Shown: piece by piece, positions 11,883 through 25,000 of the stretch
Position numbering within the stretch: position 1 is the first letter of the stretch
How the letters are laid out: every line of letters starts with the position of its first letter
NCBI GenBank assembly: GCA_905178155.1
Contig: CAJINV010000009.1
Span: 3,847,556-3,911,555, forward strand
Origin: Amoebophrya sp. A120
Taxonomy: Eukaryota > Protista > Dinoflagellata
Length of the DNA: 64,000 nucleotides
Direction: 5' to 3'
Translations under genes and position numbers: made by a program
The notes under the pieces: model-generated
What the model was told of the DNA's origin: nothing
The model's input: only the letters and a program-made list of their open reading frames with translations
Database searches by the model: none

Positions 11883-12795
11883 GATGTTGCGATCACTTAG
11901 TACAACACCGGGCTTGCTGCAGTTGGTTTTCGAAAATACAACTAGCAACGAAATAAATGGTTTTATGGTGACGATCATGAGTCAGTAGCAGAAGCAGTCG
12001 AGGTTAGTACATGGCTTCCTCGCGGCGACCTCCTGACACATTCACGACTCAGTCCAAACGTGATTGCTGTGATGAAGCAGGTCGTGCAACTACCTAGAAA
12101 AAAAAGATGAGGCTGCTGCTTCGTTTTCGTTGTTCGAAAAGACTGCAAGAACCATGATGAGGAGGTCGAAATAAAATCACATTGTACACCAGAAGTAGCA
12201 AAGAAACAGAAAGTAAGTAAGCAAAATAGCTCAACAAGCTCATGACCTCACGCAGAATCACTAGCACCATCAAAACAAAGATGATGTTCGGAAAATCTGC
12301 AACATCTTTTCACTGCACGAAAAAAAGACAATCGCAGATCTTGACGAGGACGACGAGGTTTTTCATCGTCCTCTTCATACGAAAAAGTAAAGACGCCAAA
12401 GTTGTAGAAGATCTTCACCGGAAGCGTAACCGCTTACTACACAAAACGCGTTTTATTTTCGCGGCCATTGCTTATGCTTTGCGTTCTCGTGCTCGACTAC
12501 ATCATCTTTGGTTTATGTTGAACAAATTTGATTTGAACACGAAACCATGGTAGCGACTGAAGGAATTATCTGGAGGCGGTGCTCCTGTGGTCGGATTCGC
12601 ATTAAGTGCGCCTGTTCCTTGTAGTAGTGGCAAGAAAAAAACTACGCCCTATGCGGTGTACTAATATGTTTTTCCACTACTTTATTTCTACGTTTTGTTT
12701 CACATTCATTCTAGAAAGCGTTGACGACGTCCTCTTCATCTACGAATAAATTAATATAATAGTATCTTCCACGACCAAAACTACCCAGCGAGAAA

Positions 12796-15700
12796 ATGTC
12801 CGCCTTTCCCCACAACATCAACGAAGACGTCCAAATGGTTGTGGAAGAACAACAGCCGGCGCCTTCCAATCCCAACCTGGATCCCAAAGAAGAAAATGAA
12901 AAACCACGTTGGGACAGAGAAGACCGGGATAGGGTTTTATTTGGACACAAGAACAACCAGAAGGGCGATGGAGATAAAAACGATGATCCTCGCGACACCC
13001 GCCGTTTCATCGTCGACACGGTGAAAGGCGAGCACTCGGATGATTCGGAAAAGTTAGTCATCCGAACGAATAACGCAAACAAACGAGGAGGTGATGGGAC
13101 AACATCAAATGCTGACCACACCTTCGTCCCTTTCAACGCCGCAGGAATATCAAACCGATCCGGATCTGCCAGGAACAACAACAAAGGAGGCGACGGTGGT
13201 GCGAATTACGGGGGAAAGGGAGGAAGGGGAAATCGCCGGACTGGGAGTAATTTTGAAGATAGTTACGATGTGGATATGAACACCAGAGATGGCAGGCCGG
13301 GACCTTTGTACTCGAAAAAGGAGAAGAAATCGCCCCGGAATCTAGATTTGGAGCGGGAAATGGCAATGGAGCACGGCTGGAATGTAAATGACTTGCCCGT
13401 CGAGATGAAGAAGTCGCAGTGGTATCTGTGGGATGACCGACGGGAGGATATGAAGGGCGAGAATGGTATAAGTGTGAGATCATGGTGTTTTCGTTTTGCA
13501 TTGCAAATGCGGCCTGTATGGTGTTTTCTCCGTGACAAATTTCAATCATGAAGATCTTGCGCTGCATGATTTAGATTTGATTGTCTCCATGGTCTGCTCC
13601 AAATACGCATGACAACCTATCAGATCGCCGCCGTGGGTACGAAGACGACCTGCAAGTGGCCGCCCGGGGTGATAAGCGTGGCCGGAATGATCGTTCGAAA
13701 GGTCGTGGTTCTGCGGCAGGTGGCGGGGATAATTACAACACCTACCGAGGTGGACAACGGACATTCGAGGACTCTTTCAACAACGATTCAAACTACCGAT
13801 TCCGCCGGGAAAGCGCAAATAATGAGCGGAGTTCTTCTGGTGCTTATGGAGCCAGTGGCTACACTCGCGGAGGACGAGACAATTATGATGGCGGCTACAA
13901 CTCCTACGGCGGCGGTGGCAAAGGTAGCTTCGTCTCTTCTACCAAAGGGAAGGGAAAGCTATCGAGTGCGACGTTCTTCAGGAACAGCTATCCTTCCAAT
14001 TCGAACCCGAACGACGACAAGTGGGGCCACGACGGGTTTCTGCAATTGGAACAGTCGGAAGGAGTCCCGATCAAAGGCGGAAAGGGGTTTGCGGACTGGC
14101 GGGGGACATCAACAACCGGGGGTTTTGGCGTCAAAGGTGGAAAAGACCACGACCGCGAGTACAACTACAATGCCAAGGGCGGCTACGGGAAATCCTACTA
14201 CCGGCAACAGCAGGGTGGACGGAACTACACGCCCGACCGAGAAAACGTAAATCCAGTGAGTCAAAGAGCAGACGATTACATCTACGATCCGAAATCCGGT
14301 ATGAGCTACGAAGAATTTTTCAACAATTTGGAACATAGCCACGGCAAGGGTACTGGGAGGAGCAAAGGCGCCGGATCCTTCTCCTACGACAATTTTCTTG
14401 AGGCAGGAGGTGCTGAGCGAAACACGAATGCTGGAAGCAAGAACCGTTTCGACATCATTGTCGAAAATTACTGGGAGGATGACGGTAGACGTGAGAAACA
14501 CCGGGATGGCGATACCGGTATGAATCTACGTGGTGCTGGCCACAGAGGACGACGCGTTGCAGCTCCTGCCGTAGACCACGACAGTTCTGACAAAGACTTA
14601 TCCCGCAGCCTGTCTCGCGGTAACAATGAACGACACTTTGATGTTGACAAATTGAAGAAGAAGAAAAAGCAAAAGAAGCATGCTGATGTTGCTGGTGTGC
14701 AGAAGAATAAATCGAAGAAGGAAAAGAAGAAGAAACGACGCCATTTGTCTTCTAGCAGTTCTTCGGATCAGTCGATGTCAGAAGAAGAGGTGAATCCGAA
14801 AATCACCAAGAAACAGCTGGAAAAGCTCAAACAGCAAAAGCTGTCCTCAAAAACTGGGGCAACGAGCAATCCCTTCGCTAATACGAAGCACCAGCACACG
14901 AACCGTGCTCGAGCGGCAGTGAACGCCAAGGACTTGGATGTTGCAGCGGCTAAAATGAAGCCAGCAGAATGTGACGACGACGATTTGTTCGCCATGCTGG
15001 CTGGTGGCGGAACAACAAAGAAACGTGCTAGTATTTCAGGGAGAAATAATCGTCGTGGGGGGGATCATCATCCTCGTGACAATCGGAACAATCGGCGAAG
15101 CACCGGCAGATCTCCCTGTCGTCGCCGGGAGGAGGGCCAGGGCCACCGCGATCGGAGTAAAAACGTCGCTCGTGGTGAGCGCGACGCCCGTGCGGACCGG
15201 GAACGACGGGACCGGGAGCGCGATCAACATAATCGCCGCCGCGGGGGGAAAAACTACTCTCGCTCTCCTGCACCACGATCCAGAGCTTCCCGTCCTCGCG
15301 GAAACAACAACAACACGAAAGAAAATAAAGCCGCTGTAGCCGCGGCTGCGGCCCCACCGCAGCGGACCAACAAGCAAAAGTCTACTCTGATGAAGAAGAA
15401 GAAAGTTGATTCAGAATCGGATCTCTCTACCTCCTCCGCCGAGTCCGAAAATTCGTCGCGCTCTCGCGGCCGGAATACCAAGCAAAAACCCACTACGGCT
15501 GCTGGAGGACGTGCAGCTGCTGTGCGTGGCCGCGCCGGCGGCCACAATTCCTCGAAACAGACGCAGAACGGCGGGAAAAGGAAGCAAGGTCCACCTGTGG
15601 CTAAGAAAAAATCCAAGTCTTCTTCTGTGTCGCGCAGCTCCTCTTCCCACTCGCGCAGCCCAGGACCTGCTCCCCGCAGCAGGAAACTACCTCCGATGAA

Positions 15701-18071
15701 ACAGTCCCCAGAGGCTGCTGCTGCAGTTCCGAAGGCGATGAACGAGAAGCCACCGTCGAAAAGCAAAGACGCTGCTCGAGCAGCCCTTCGAGAAGACTCC
15801 AACTCCTCCGATGAGCGTAAGAAGGCACTGCGGGAAGCGAAATTGAAGAAGCGAGAGGAGGATAAGCGAAAACTGCTGGAGGGGCTGAACGCCAAGCGCG
15901 GCGCGGCGGCGAAGGACAAGATTGTAGGGACGAAGCAGAAAGAAAAGGATAAGGATGCTGAGCTGCAGGATGAGCACGCACAAGATCAAGACGACAAGTC
16001 GCAAAGCCGGAGCCAAAGCCGTAGCAAGTCCGGGCCGAAGGCAGTCAGGTCTAGATCTCTCGATATAGCGGGCAAGAAGGACCACGTGGAGGAAGTTTCG
16101 AAGAGCAAGAAAAGCAAGGAGAGGAACATCAAGGCTGATGGGAAGAAGAAGCCAAAGCCTGTGGGTTCTGTGGCGCCGAAAGAGGGTAAAGTTGCAGCTG
16201 GTACAACTTCTAAAAAGCGGCAGGACCACCACGACAACTCGCAGTCTCGTGTTCCTTCTCGTAAGAAGGATGACGAAGACGACCTGCCAAAGCGTGGCGG
16301 AGGTAAGAATAAGCCTACAACGCGGAAAGATACCGCTCCTAAGAACGACGACGACCAAAAGATTGTTCCTACGACTAACAAACGCGGCGCAGTCAAAAAG
16401 AAGCGAAAGTCCAGCTCTTCCTCTTCCTCGTCTGAAGCAGGGAAGAATTCTGATGTTTCCATGAAGAGCACTGAGTCTCCTGCTCGTGACGAGAAATCTT
16501 CCAAATCTAAACCTAAAACGAAAGCACCGAAAATGATGAACAAGATGTCGAAAGAAAACTCGATGAAATCAAGCAAGGGCAGTAAACAAGAAGACGACAA
16601 AAAGTTGTCCAGGAAGGCAAAGGGAAACAAGCTGAAGAGCGATCGCGCGGCTCAAGACCATGAGGACCATGGTTCATCCAGCGGCTCCGAAGAATCCCGC
16701 GGCCGTGGGCGAGGAGGACGTCGTGGCCTCCCGGCGAAAAAGTTGAAAGTCCAGAAGGAAGACAACCACGACGAGGAGTCGCAACAAGAAAAGAGCGACC
16801 ACAAGAAGTCGAAGAAGGCTACTGGTGATGAAAAAAATGAAAACCAGGCGGATTTTAGGAGCGGCAAGAAGACCAGCATGAGAGGAGCTTCAGATGACCG
16901 AGAGGACAAGGCGGAGAGCAAATCCACCAAATCGAAAACCAGCAAGAATAAACCTGTTCCAGTTTTGAACGAAACCGACCAGATGATGGAGGATCTGCTC
17001 GACGGGAAAAGTGTCCATTCTGAGGACTACAAAAAAGACAAAGCTCCCTGTAACATGAGGGCGGAGAGGGAGACATCACATAAAACTGGCGCGCATCGGG
17101 ACTACATGCCAGAAACCATCAAAGACAAAGAAGGATCTGATGGTGGTCATGAAGATGATGTTGTGATGCAACACGATGCCAAAAACGACGACCCGGAACA
17201 ACCGGATGCGAAGCGGCGCCGCGTCACTGCCACAGCAGCCGAGAACGACATGACATTGTTGGAAGTTGGGCGCAAGAACAAGGACAAACAGGGCGCTCCT
17301 GCTGACAAAGAAAATGTACCGCAAGATGAAGAACCTGCTGCGTCCCCGCCCCCGATGGTGGAAGTGCCGTTTGAGGGTTTGGTGCCGGAGGAGAAAGCGG
17401 AGAAGGTTAAGGAACTGCAGAAGGTGTCGCAAGCAACAAAGGCAGTGAACGAAAAGGAAAAGAAGGAGACTGCTCTATTGGAACCTGTCGACGGTGCTAA
17501 GAAGAAGCAATCATCTTCTTCTCCGGCGAACAACAACAACACTACCGCACAAGCAGCCTCCGGCCCTCCCACCACCTACATTCGCGATCAGAAGCTCCCG
17601 CAGATGCCTCGCGGTGGCCGCCAAGGATGGATCAAGCCGGAGACGGAGCCGAGCACGTCCAGATCCAGAAGTGACAGTCGCAGCCGCGGCGGTGCTCCTG
17701 CTCGTGGTCGGAAGGCGAAAGCCACCAAATCCGGTGGAGCCGGTGCGGGAGGCGGCGGGGCTAAGATGAATCCGCGTAAAAATGGAGACAACAGCAAAAC
17801 AAAGACGAATACTAAAGCGCGGAGGGTCAGTGAAGAATCATCTCGTTCCCGCTCAGATTCCCGGTCTCGCGGACGAGGAGGCGCTGGTCGGAAGAAGGCG
17901 GCCAACAAAGCGAAACCCAAAAAACGCGCGGGCTCAGGCCGTTCTCCTTCTCGTTCTCGCCGCCGGCGGTCGAGGTCTCGTTCTCAGTCGAAAAAGTCTC
18001 AATCGGAGCATTATTTGCGGTCGCCCCCGCCGTGCCCTTGGCCGAAACTCGGCGGGGGGAACAGGAAGTGA
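12796..18071 (+). CDS. Large low-complexity RGG/RS/K-rich protein with Btz-like motifs (~1705 aa)
   Basis: Exons 12796-13465 and 13624-18071; motifs WYLWDDR and KWGHDGF; many SRSRS and RGG tracts. Confidence 0.8.
13466..13623 (+). other. GT-AG intron (GTATAA...CTATCAG) with relic GCATGACAA
   Basis: Phase-1 join EN-DRRRG; motif near 13607. Confidence 0.8.
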
Positions 18072-19085
18072 GTTTTATTTTTTTTCGTTTTCACAAAAGG
18101 AAAAGTAAAAGAGAAACGCAAGAGGACGACGGCAGCATGACAACGAACGTTGTTACAGTTCAAAAGAAAGCAAAATCGGCTTTCAGATGTAAGGGTGACT
18201 GAAGCACATGACTTCGATTTGTTGATTTCGTTTCAACGATACATTCAGGGGGTTTCGGCTCGATTGCGTGGATCGGCGAGCTCTCGCCTTGTAAGTGAGT
18301 AGACAGAGAGCCGCAAAAAATTTACTACAAGAGTACGTGCTCTTTCAAACGACAAAATTTATTTCTGCGAAACTAGTGCTAGCAGCTGCAGCACGATTCT
18401 ATAAATTTAAGGGTGCAAATGTACCACGAACATCAAATAAGGAGCTCTTTGGAAAACGAAAGGATCGACGCCCCAGCTACATTCTAGCGTGGGCTGCAAA
18501 CTATGACTGTGATTGAGTTCCACGCAACGCTGTGTTCTTTGTAACACGCATGATAGTCTTGAAGCAAGATTTCGGTGTACTTTTTGCTCGAACTGTGACT
18601 AACTGTTGATATTCATCGAGACACCCTGCAGTCCTACTTGCTGTTTGCGCATTTTGGCACAGCATGGAGGGAAGCGAGTGGAGAGCCGCGACGAGAGAGC
18701 AACATCAATGTTGAGAGACCGTGCAGAGTGCGTCGAGTTCTTCTCCAGGAAATCGAAATTGCTTGTTTTGAAATAAGTAGTACTCGTACGTAGATAGTTC
18801 GCATTTATACTTGTTGGAGTGAGTGAATAAAACTTGAAAAATCACAACAGGCCTCTACTCAAGACCTGATTTTATGCATGTTTCTACCCGACGAGCACGA
18901 GAAGTCTACCCTCTTTCGATTTCAGATTGTCGACGTCCTCCCCAATCTCGATTTTTCTTGCACGAGTGTCACTTCTTGCTCCTGAAATCTGTAAAAGATT
19001 CAACAAACATTCAAAATCTTTAGCTCTCGTACAGAATTTCTGTTTGAAGATGCGGAATTTTTAACATCAATACAGCCATTGTAAA

Positions 19086-22000
19086 ATGGCTGACGTACTG
19101 CACATGATGGGTCGTTGTACTTGTACATCAGCCACCCCGAGCTGCTCTAGCACGAGCAGGCCGCGGTTTTTTGACGACAGGGTGGACCACAAAGACCAGT
19201 TGTTCTCGGTGGAAGTTGATATGTCTTGTTTTGACGACATCGGCTCCACCTGCGCCGGCCCAGTAACAGCACGGCCTTCTTCAAGAAGAAGCAGAACCGT
19301 GCTGGAGGACGGAGGGCGCAAGATAAACATGGCCAGTACACTATTTTCAACAAGAAAACCGCCTTCCTGGGATACAGGACAGCAAAGTGAGGACACCGGG
19401 AGGCCACCAGGAGGAGGAACGACTGCACCGAGGACAGCAGTCGCAGTCCAAGCTGCTCCTGCAAACAAGAAAACCATGTTGCTGCACAAGCTCAAAAACA
19501 AAAATCAAAGGGAACAAAGTCAGTCGCTTTTCCTGCTCTGGAGGTGGTGGACAGCGACGAGACCAAGAGAGAAACTACATTTCTTGAAGAAACTCGGTTG
19601 GTTGTTCCTCTACTTGCTGAACCTCTTCACTTTGACAACAACTACCCTTGCCGAGGTGAAGTACCCAAGACACGAGGAGGACATCCCCGGACATCCAGAT
19701 TTGGTACGTGTAACTTACAAGTTAGACGATATCAACGGAGATGAAGATGATCATCTCCACAACCACGTCTACAAACCGGTGAAAGAGGAATTTTCTGTGT
19801 CATCAAACAGTGGTGCGTCATCAGCTGCTGCTGCATCATCAAATAAACCGATTCCCGGCTGGCAGCACGCGTCGCCGATAGGATCTTCTGAGCAATCCTG
19901 TTCTTCTGGTTCCTGTTCCAAAACCGCACCAAATCAGCATGACACCGACAGTACCCACCACATAGACCATTTAGGTCGGAAAATCCCAAGGAGGCTGTTC
20001 GAGGAAGAGGCAGACAACCTCGCGGCGCAAAGGATTCGCAAGGAAACGCAGGAGTACGAGCGGCCAAAGAATTTACCGCCAAATAAACAGCACGGGGATC
20101 ACTACCGGGCGTTGCTGAAGTCCAGGTTCCCGCTCGATAACGACGCGGACAAATACGAAGTGGATCACGAAGCCGGGGTAATCAGGCAGAGATTTGACCA
20201 CAGACCGGTGGTTAGGTTGAAGGAGACGAGTGGTAGTGCAGGTAAGGAAAACGATCAACAGCAGCTCCACGACGCCGATTTTGCCCGGGGTGAAAGAGGC
20301 AGTAAAAGGCAGCTAGAAATCGACGGCGTCGTCGACCCAGCTGGGGTCGTGATTGAGGCTCCAATAGTAGAAAACAAAAGTCAACAGCAGGACAACACAG
20401 ACCATCAAAACAAAAAGAGGATAAGAACCGTTGCGGGTAGGGATGAAAACCACTTCGAGGAGCGGCTGAAGGAGACGACAAAACAAGCCGAGACCGCGCT
20501 TCAGAAGTACAATGAGGAAGTAGCGACAACGAAACGTCAACTAACCGAACAATTTCCAAACGAGACGGAGGAGCAGCGGGAAAAACGGTCCCTGCAGATC
20601 AACACGGCGGCGACTGCTGCGCTTTGCGCGTCCGGTGAAGTCTCCTGTTTTTTGAAGCAGGAAGTGTGTCGTGGGATGGACGCGGCGAGACCGGGGTACT
20701 TCTGTGGGGAACGGTGGGGAATCACGAACGTGGTGAAGATAGAGGATCAGTGGGAGATCGCCGATGTGGAATTTTTCTGGGACCGACAGTGCGACAAACC
20801 GGTGCAGGGATCGCCACGACAGCAGTCCTTTTCCGATGCGAACGCAAATCCGCCGTACAAGGATATTTCCGCCTTGGCGTTTGACAACAACAACAAAACG
20901 GCGTGGTTGGCGAACTGCGGGGCGGATTTAGGCGGCTGTCCCGCGTATGACCCGACGAAACAGGGACAGAGGGTATAGAAGTTGTTTTGTTGGTACAGAA
21001 GTTTCTCATGCTGACGACGCATTTCTTATTCAGTTTCTCAACTTGTTTGCCACGCGCACTCCTGTGCTACTAGTTCACTTGCAGTAGAAGTTGCGGAACA
21101 TCAAGATCTTCTTGGTCTTGCTTTTATCGAAATATAAACAAATTTATCAGGTTGTCAACAACGTCGGCCCGAATACCGTGATCTACCAGCAGCTTAGAAA
21201 AAGCGATGACCCGGTCACGAATCCGAACAACCTTCCGATTTACGGCAATGTGATGTTGTTCGATCCCGCCACCATGTCTGGTTTTACCGACGGCGCGATC
21301 AAATGCGTCCGGATCCACCAGAGCAAAATTACAACCAGACAGGCCTACCACATCGCGGTGGTTTTCTGGGACACGTTGCAGTGGGTGAAGTACGCCGATT
21401 ACGACGCGTTGGCCGGGGGTGGGTGGCTATGCAAGAAAAAAGTGTGTAAGTGTAAATCTGTGATGCAGAAAATGCCAAACAGTTACACTTGTCGTGCTAG
21501 GCATGCATGGCCGGCTCGCTTCCTATGTGTTTTTCCTCTGTATCTGCGCATAACAAGTTTGTTCTGTCATGGCAGACAAACTTGTGATGCTGTTTTCCCA
21601 AAAGGCTTACACTAACACAGTTTTTTTCTTGGATAGTGGCAAACCAGACCGCCGATTGGGAACACGGTGTGGAAGTTGACGAACCTTAATCCGACCGTCT
21701 CCCCTTGGACCGTGAATGAACTCTACTTCTTCGGGGATCGACGCTGTGACTACGCGTTACACGGCATCCCGATTGGCAGGGAAAACGTCCGGCAGTTACC
21801 CCAGTGCTTGCCCACGCCAGACAACCCGGCGGGAACGTGTGAAGAGACCTCCGTCGAGAAAATCCGGGATAACGACGTCACCACCGCGTACCGCGCCAGG
21901 TGTACGCAAACGGTGGGGGTGGTCGAAGCGCCTTGTTCCTCGGGCGAGGCCTTCGTCGGCTACGACTACGATTCCGCACCTTTAACGGTGTTGTGTATCA

Positions 22001-25000
22001 AAATGTGGTCGGATGCGCACGCGGGGTACGGGCAGCAGTGGCACAAGTCGCAGCATTCTGAGGCTTTACAGCTCCAAGTCTGGGACGGGCAGCAGTGGGC
22101 GGGGAAGAAGGATTTGATGAATATGCTGCCGAATCAGTGGAACTACGACTACGCTCCGATAAACACACTGTGGCGGATCACCGCGGACGAGGTAATTGCA
22201 GAGTGGCGGGTCGCGGAATTGGAGTTCTACAACAACCCATTCTGCGACACGACGGACGACAGTGGGTTGGTGCAGGTGTTACCAATCCAACGAATCCCAT
22301 TAGTCGGCGATGCTTTCGACAGCAACATGGTATTAGGTATCGACGAAGAGGCGACAGCCTGCGCGGACACCCAGATTCTGACCACCTGCGCAAGGAAGGT
22401 GTTCGACGGGAAGATCGACACTTTCTGGCGGGGGTTATGCCGACCGGGGATTCCGTGTGAAAGAGAATCGAATTACATCGGAATGTTCTCCAATACTCCG
22501 ATCGACGTGCAGTGCTTCAAGATCTACCAGAGTCAGGATCCGCAGTTTTCCGTCTCAACGGTTCACATTTCCTCCTGGGACGGGAACGGCGGGTGGAGCA
22601 TCCCGAATCCCTGGTCTGCGCTTTCCTCGACCATCGGCGGAATTCAGAACGATCTCGGCGGGGGAAGCTGGAACAGACGGCCGGCTTTTGATTACAGCAT
22701 GTGGAAACTGTCGAATGCGGTAGTGACGACGCTGCAATGGAGAGTTGTCGACGTTCACCTCTTATGGATTGTAAAAATGTCTGGGTCTGGAAGGTTGGAA
22801 CTTGTAATGCTAGCTTTCCACACCTAGAAAATCAAAATCTGCATTGCATAACCAACAAAAGTCGCAGCCTCTTTTGTCATGCAAAAACGCAGCTCCTCAT
22901 GCGGATTGCCTATGAGAAAGCGTTTTGGGAAGTTGTCATGCCGGACTGCATTCGGAAGTGTTTTCATCATGCACATTTTAGCATCACAAGTTTCCAGACC
23001 CAGCCACTTTTGCATTTGATACCTCTACTCCGACAAGTACTGCACCACCCGGATGGACGGCCTCGCCTGGATCGCGGCTGGATCTACTGGAATCGCGAAC
23101 GGGGTCACAATATCAAATGCAAAAATGTCTGGGTCTGGAAGGTTGGAACTTGTGATGCTAACTTCGGACTCTAAGAAACTCTGTATTGCATGACCAGCAA
23201 GAGGAGTGTAGTTTGTGCTACGCGAGGAGGGCGTTTGTCATGCGGAGTAGGCAACATCAGGAAGCCCTCTGAAAATCTGTGATGCTAGGGCGTGCATTAT
23301 AGTCGTCCTGGGTCATGCAAAACATGCATGACAAGTCTCAGAATCTTCCAGACCCAGACACTTTTACAGTTGATACACCATGGCGGCGGACGGACACAAC
23401 CAAACTTTCTGGGAATGCGAGTGCTTGGCCGCGACCGGCGGGTGTGACCGATTCAACGCGTGGCTGGGCGTGCAGCGGACGTACAACAAACCCGCTTTCC
23501 TCGCTTCGAATATCCCGAGATGTCTGGTAATTGATATGGAGTTCTCAAATGTTACGTTCTCAACTGTTACATGAATTTGTAATGCAAGAATGGCAAAAGT
23601 CAAAGAAGAGAGGTTGCACCTGAAGCATTACAAATTCCGCACAGATTTAGGCGCTGTCTAGCCTTTCCAAGATTTGCCATGCGAAGCAGCTTGATTGTGT
23701 GCATGTTGATGCTCATTCTGCATGACAAATCATGTAACAGCTGAGACTGTCACGTTTGAGAGCGCCATAATTGACCAGTTCAGGGACAGCGCGTACCAAA
23801 GTGCGGATATCCGGCTGGAGACCTGGAACGGCATTCGGTGGTATAGGATTTGTTGGAAGTTGTCTTGTTTCAGCTTGCTGACAATGTCATGCGCCACTTC
23901 TCTTGCAGTTCCAGTTGCAAATCATGACTTTGTCTTGCGAGTTTCACATCATCCATGAGATTCTTCATGCAAAAAACCTCATACTAATCTATCAGGTTCG
24001 ACCCCGCGGTTGAAGTTGGTGCAGCTTCTCTGACCGACTACTCCGGTTCCTGGTTTTACGACCTTGGTGGCGGTACCGGCCACGCCAGACCCGGCTTCAC
24101 CGGTACCCAGTGGCGATTGAAAGCCGATGACTCGGTCGACTGCTGGCAGGTGTATTCCCTGGAACTCTTCCTGGATTCCGAGTGCAAGCCGGAGAAGGAG
24201 GTGAAGTTCCTCACCGACAACGGCGCGAGAAATCCGAACGTGAAAGCGATCGGCTCTGGTCACGTGAAAGGGTCAGAATTGACAGCGTATGTTCAAAGAA
24301 ACGAAGCAAGGATCAAAGCGGATTTCGGGGACGTATCAACTGCAAAAGTGTCTGGGTCTGGAAAAGTGTAGACTTGTCATGCAGATTTTCCATGACCCAT
24401 GAGGTCTAGAGTGCGGGAATGAGCATGACAGACTCTGCGAGGTCTCTGCCATGCCTATCCTGCATGAGAAACTCCCTTCCAACTTGGTCAAAAGTTTCCA
24501 GCTTTTGGCACTCATGCAACACAGATTTTTGCATGCTTCAGATTTACCATGACAAGTTGCAACCTTCTAGACCCAGACACTTTTGCAATTTATACGACGA
24601 TGCGATCAACTATTTGATCGACATTGACGCGGGGGAAGAGTTTATCGCAAGAAACAACTGTTTCACTTTGAACTTGTGATGCATAGAATGGAAGACAGAG
24701 GTATTATTTGTCTTGCCACACCTGCAAGAAGACCTCGACTCTTTAGCGGTGTTCTTCTCCCTTTGGAAGCGCGCATGGCAAATTTTCTGTGTCATGTGTA
24801 ACAAACTTGTGATGCAGATCTTGCAAGATCATCACGGTGAAACACTTTTTTCGTGGGATAGAGTTCCCGGTCTTCAACGCCTTCGACAAAAACGAGCAAA
24901 CAAGTTGGGTCGACATCCGGGATAAATCCGTGTTGGGAACGAGGGGAATGGAGAATAAGCAAGCCCAGTACCCACTGTTCTTAGGTGTAGACTTCGGAAA

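Noticed and set aside
13609-18108. Alternative-frame and antisense ORFs over long exons
   Set aside because: Shadow ORFs of low-complexity coding sequence.
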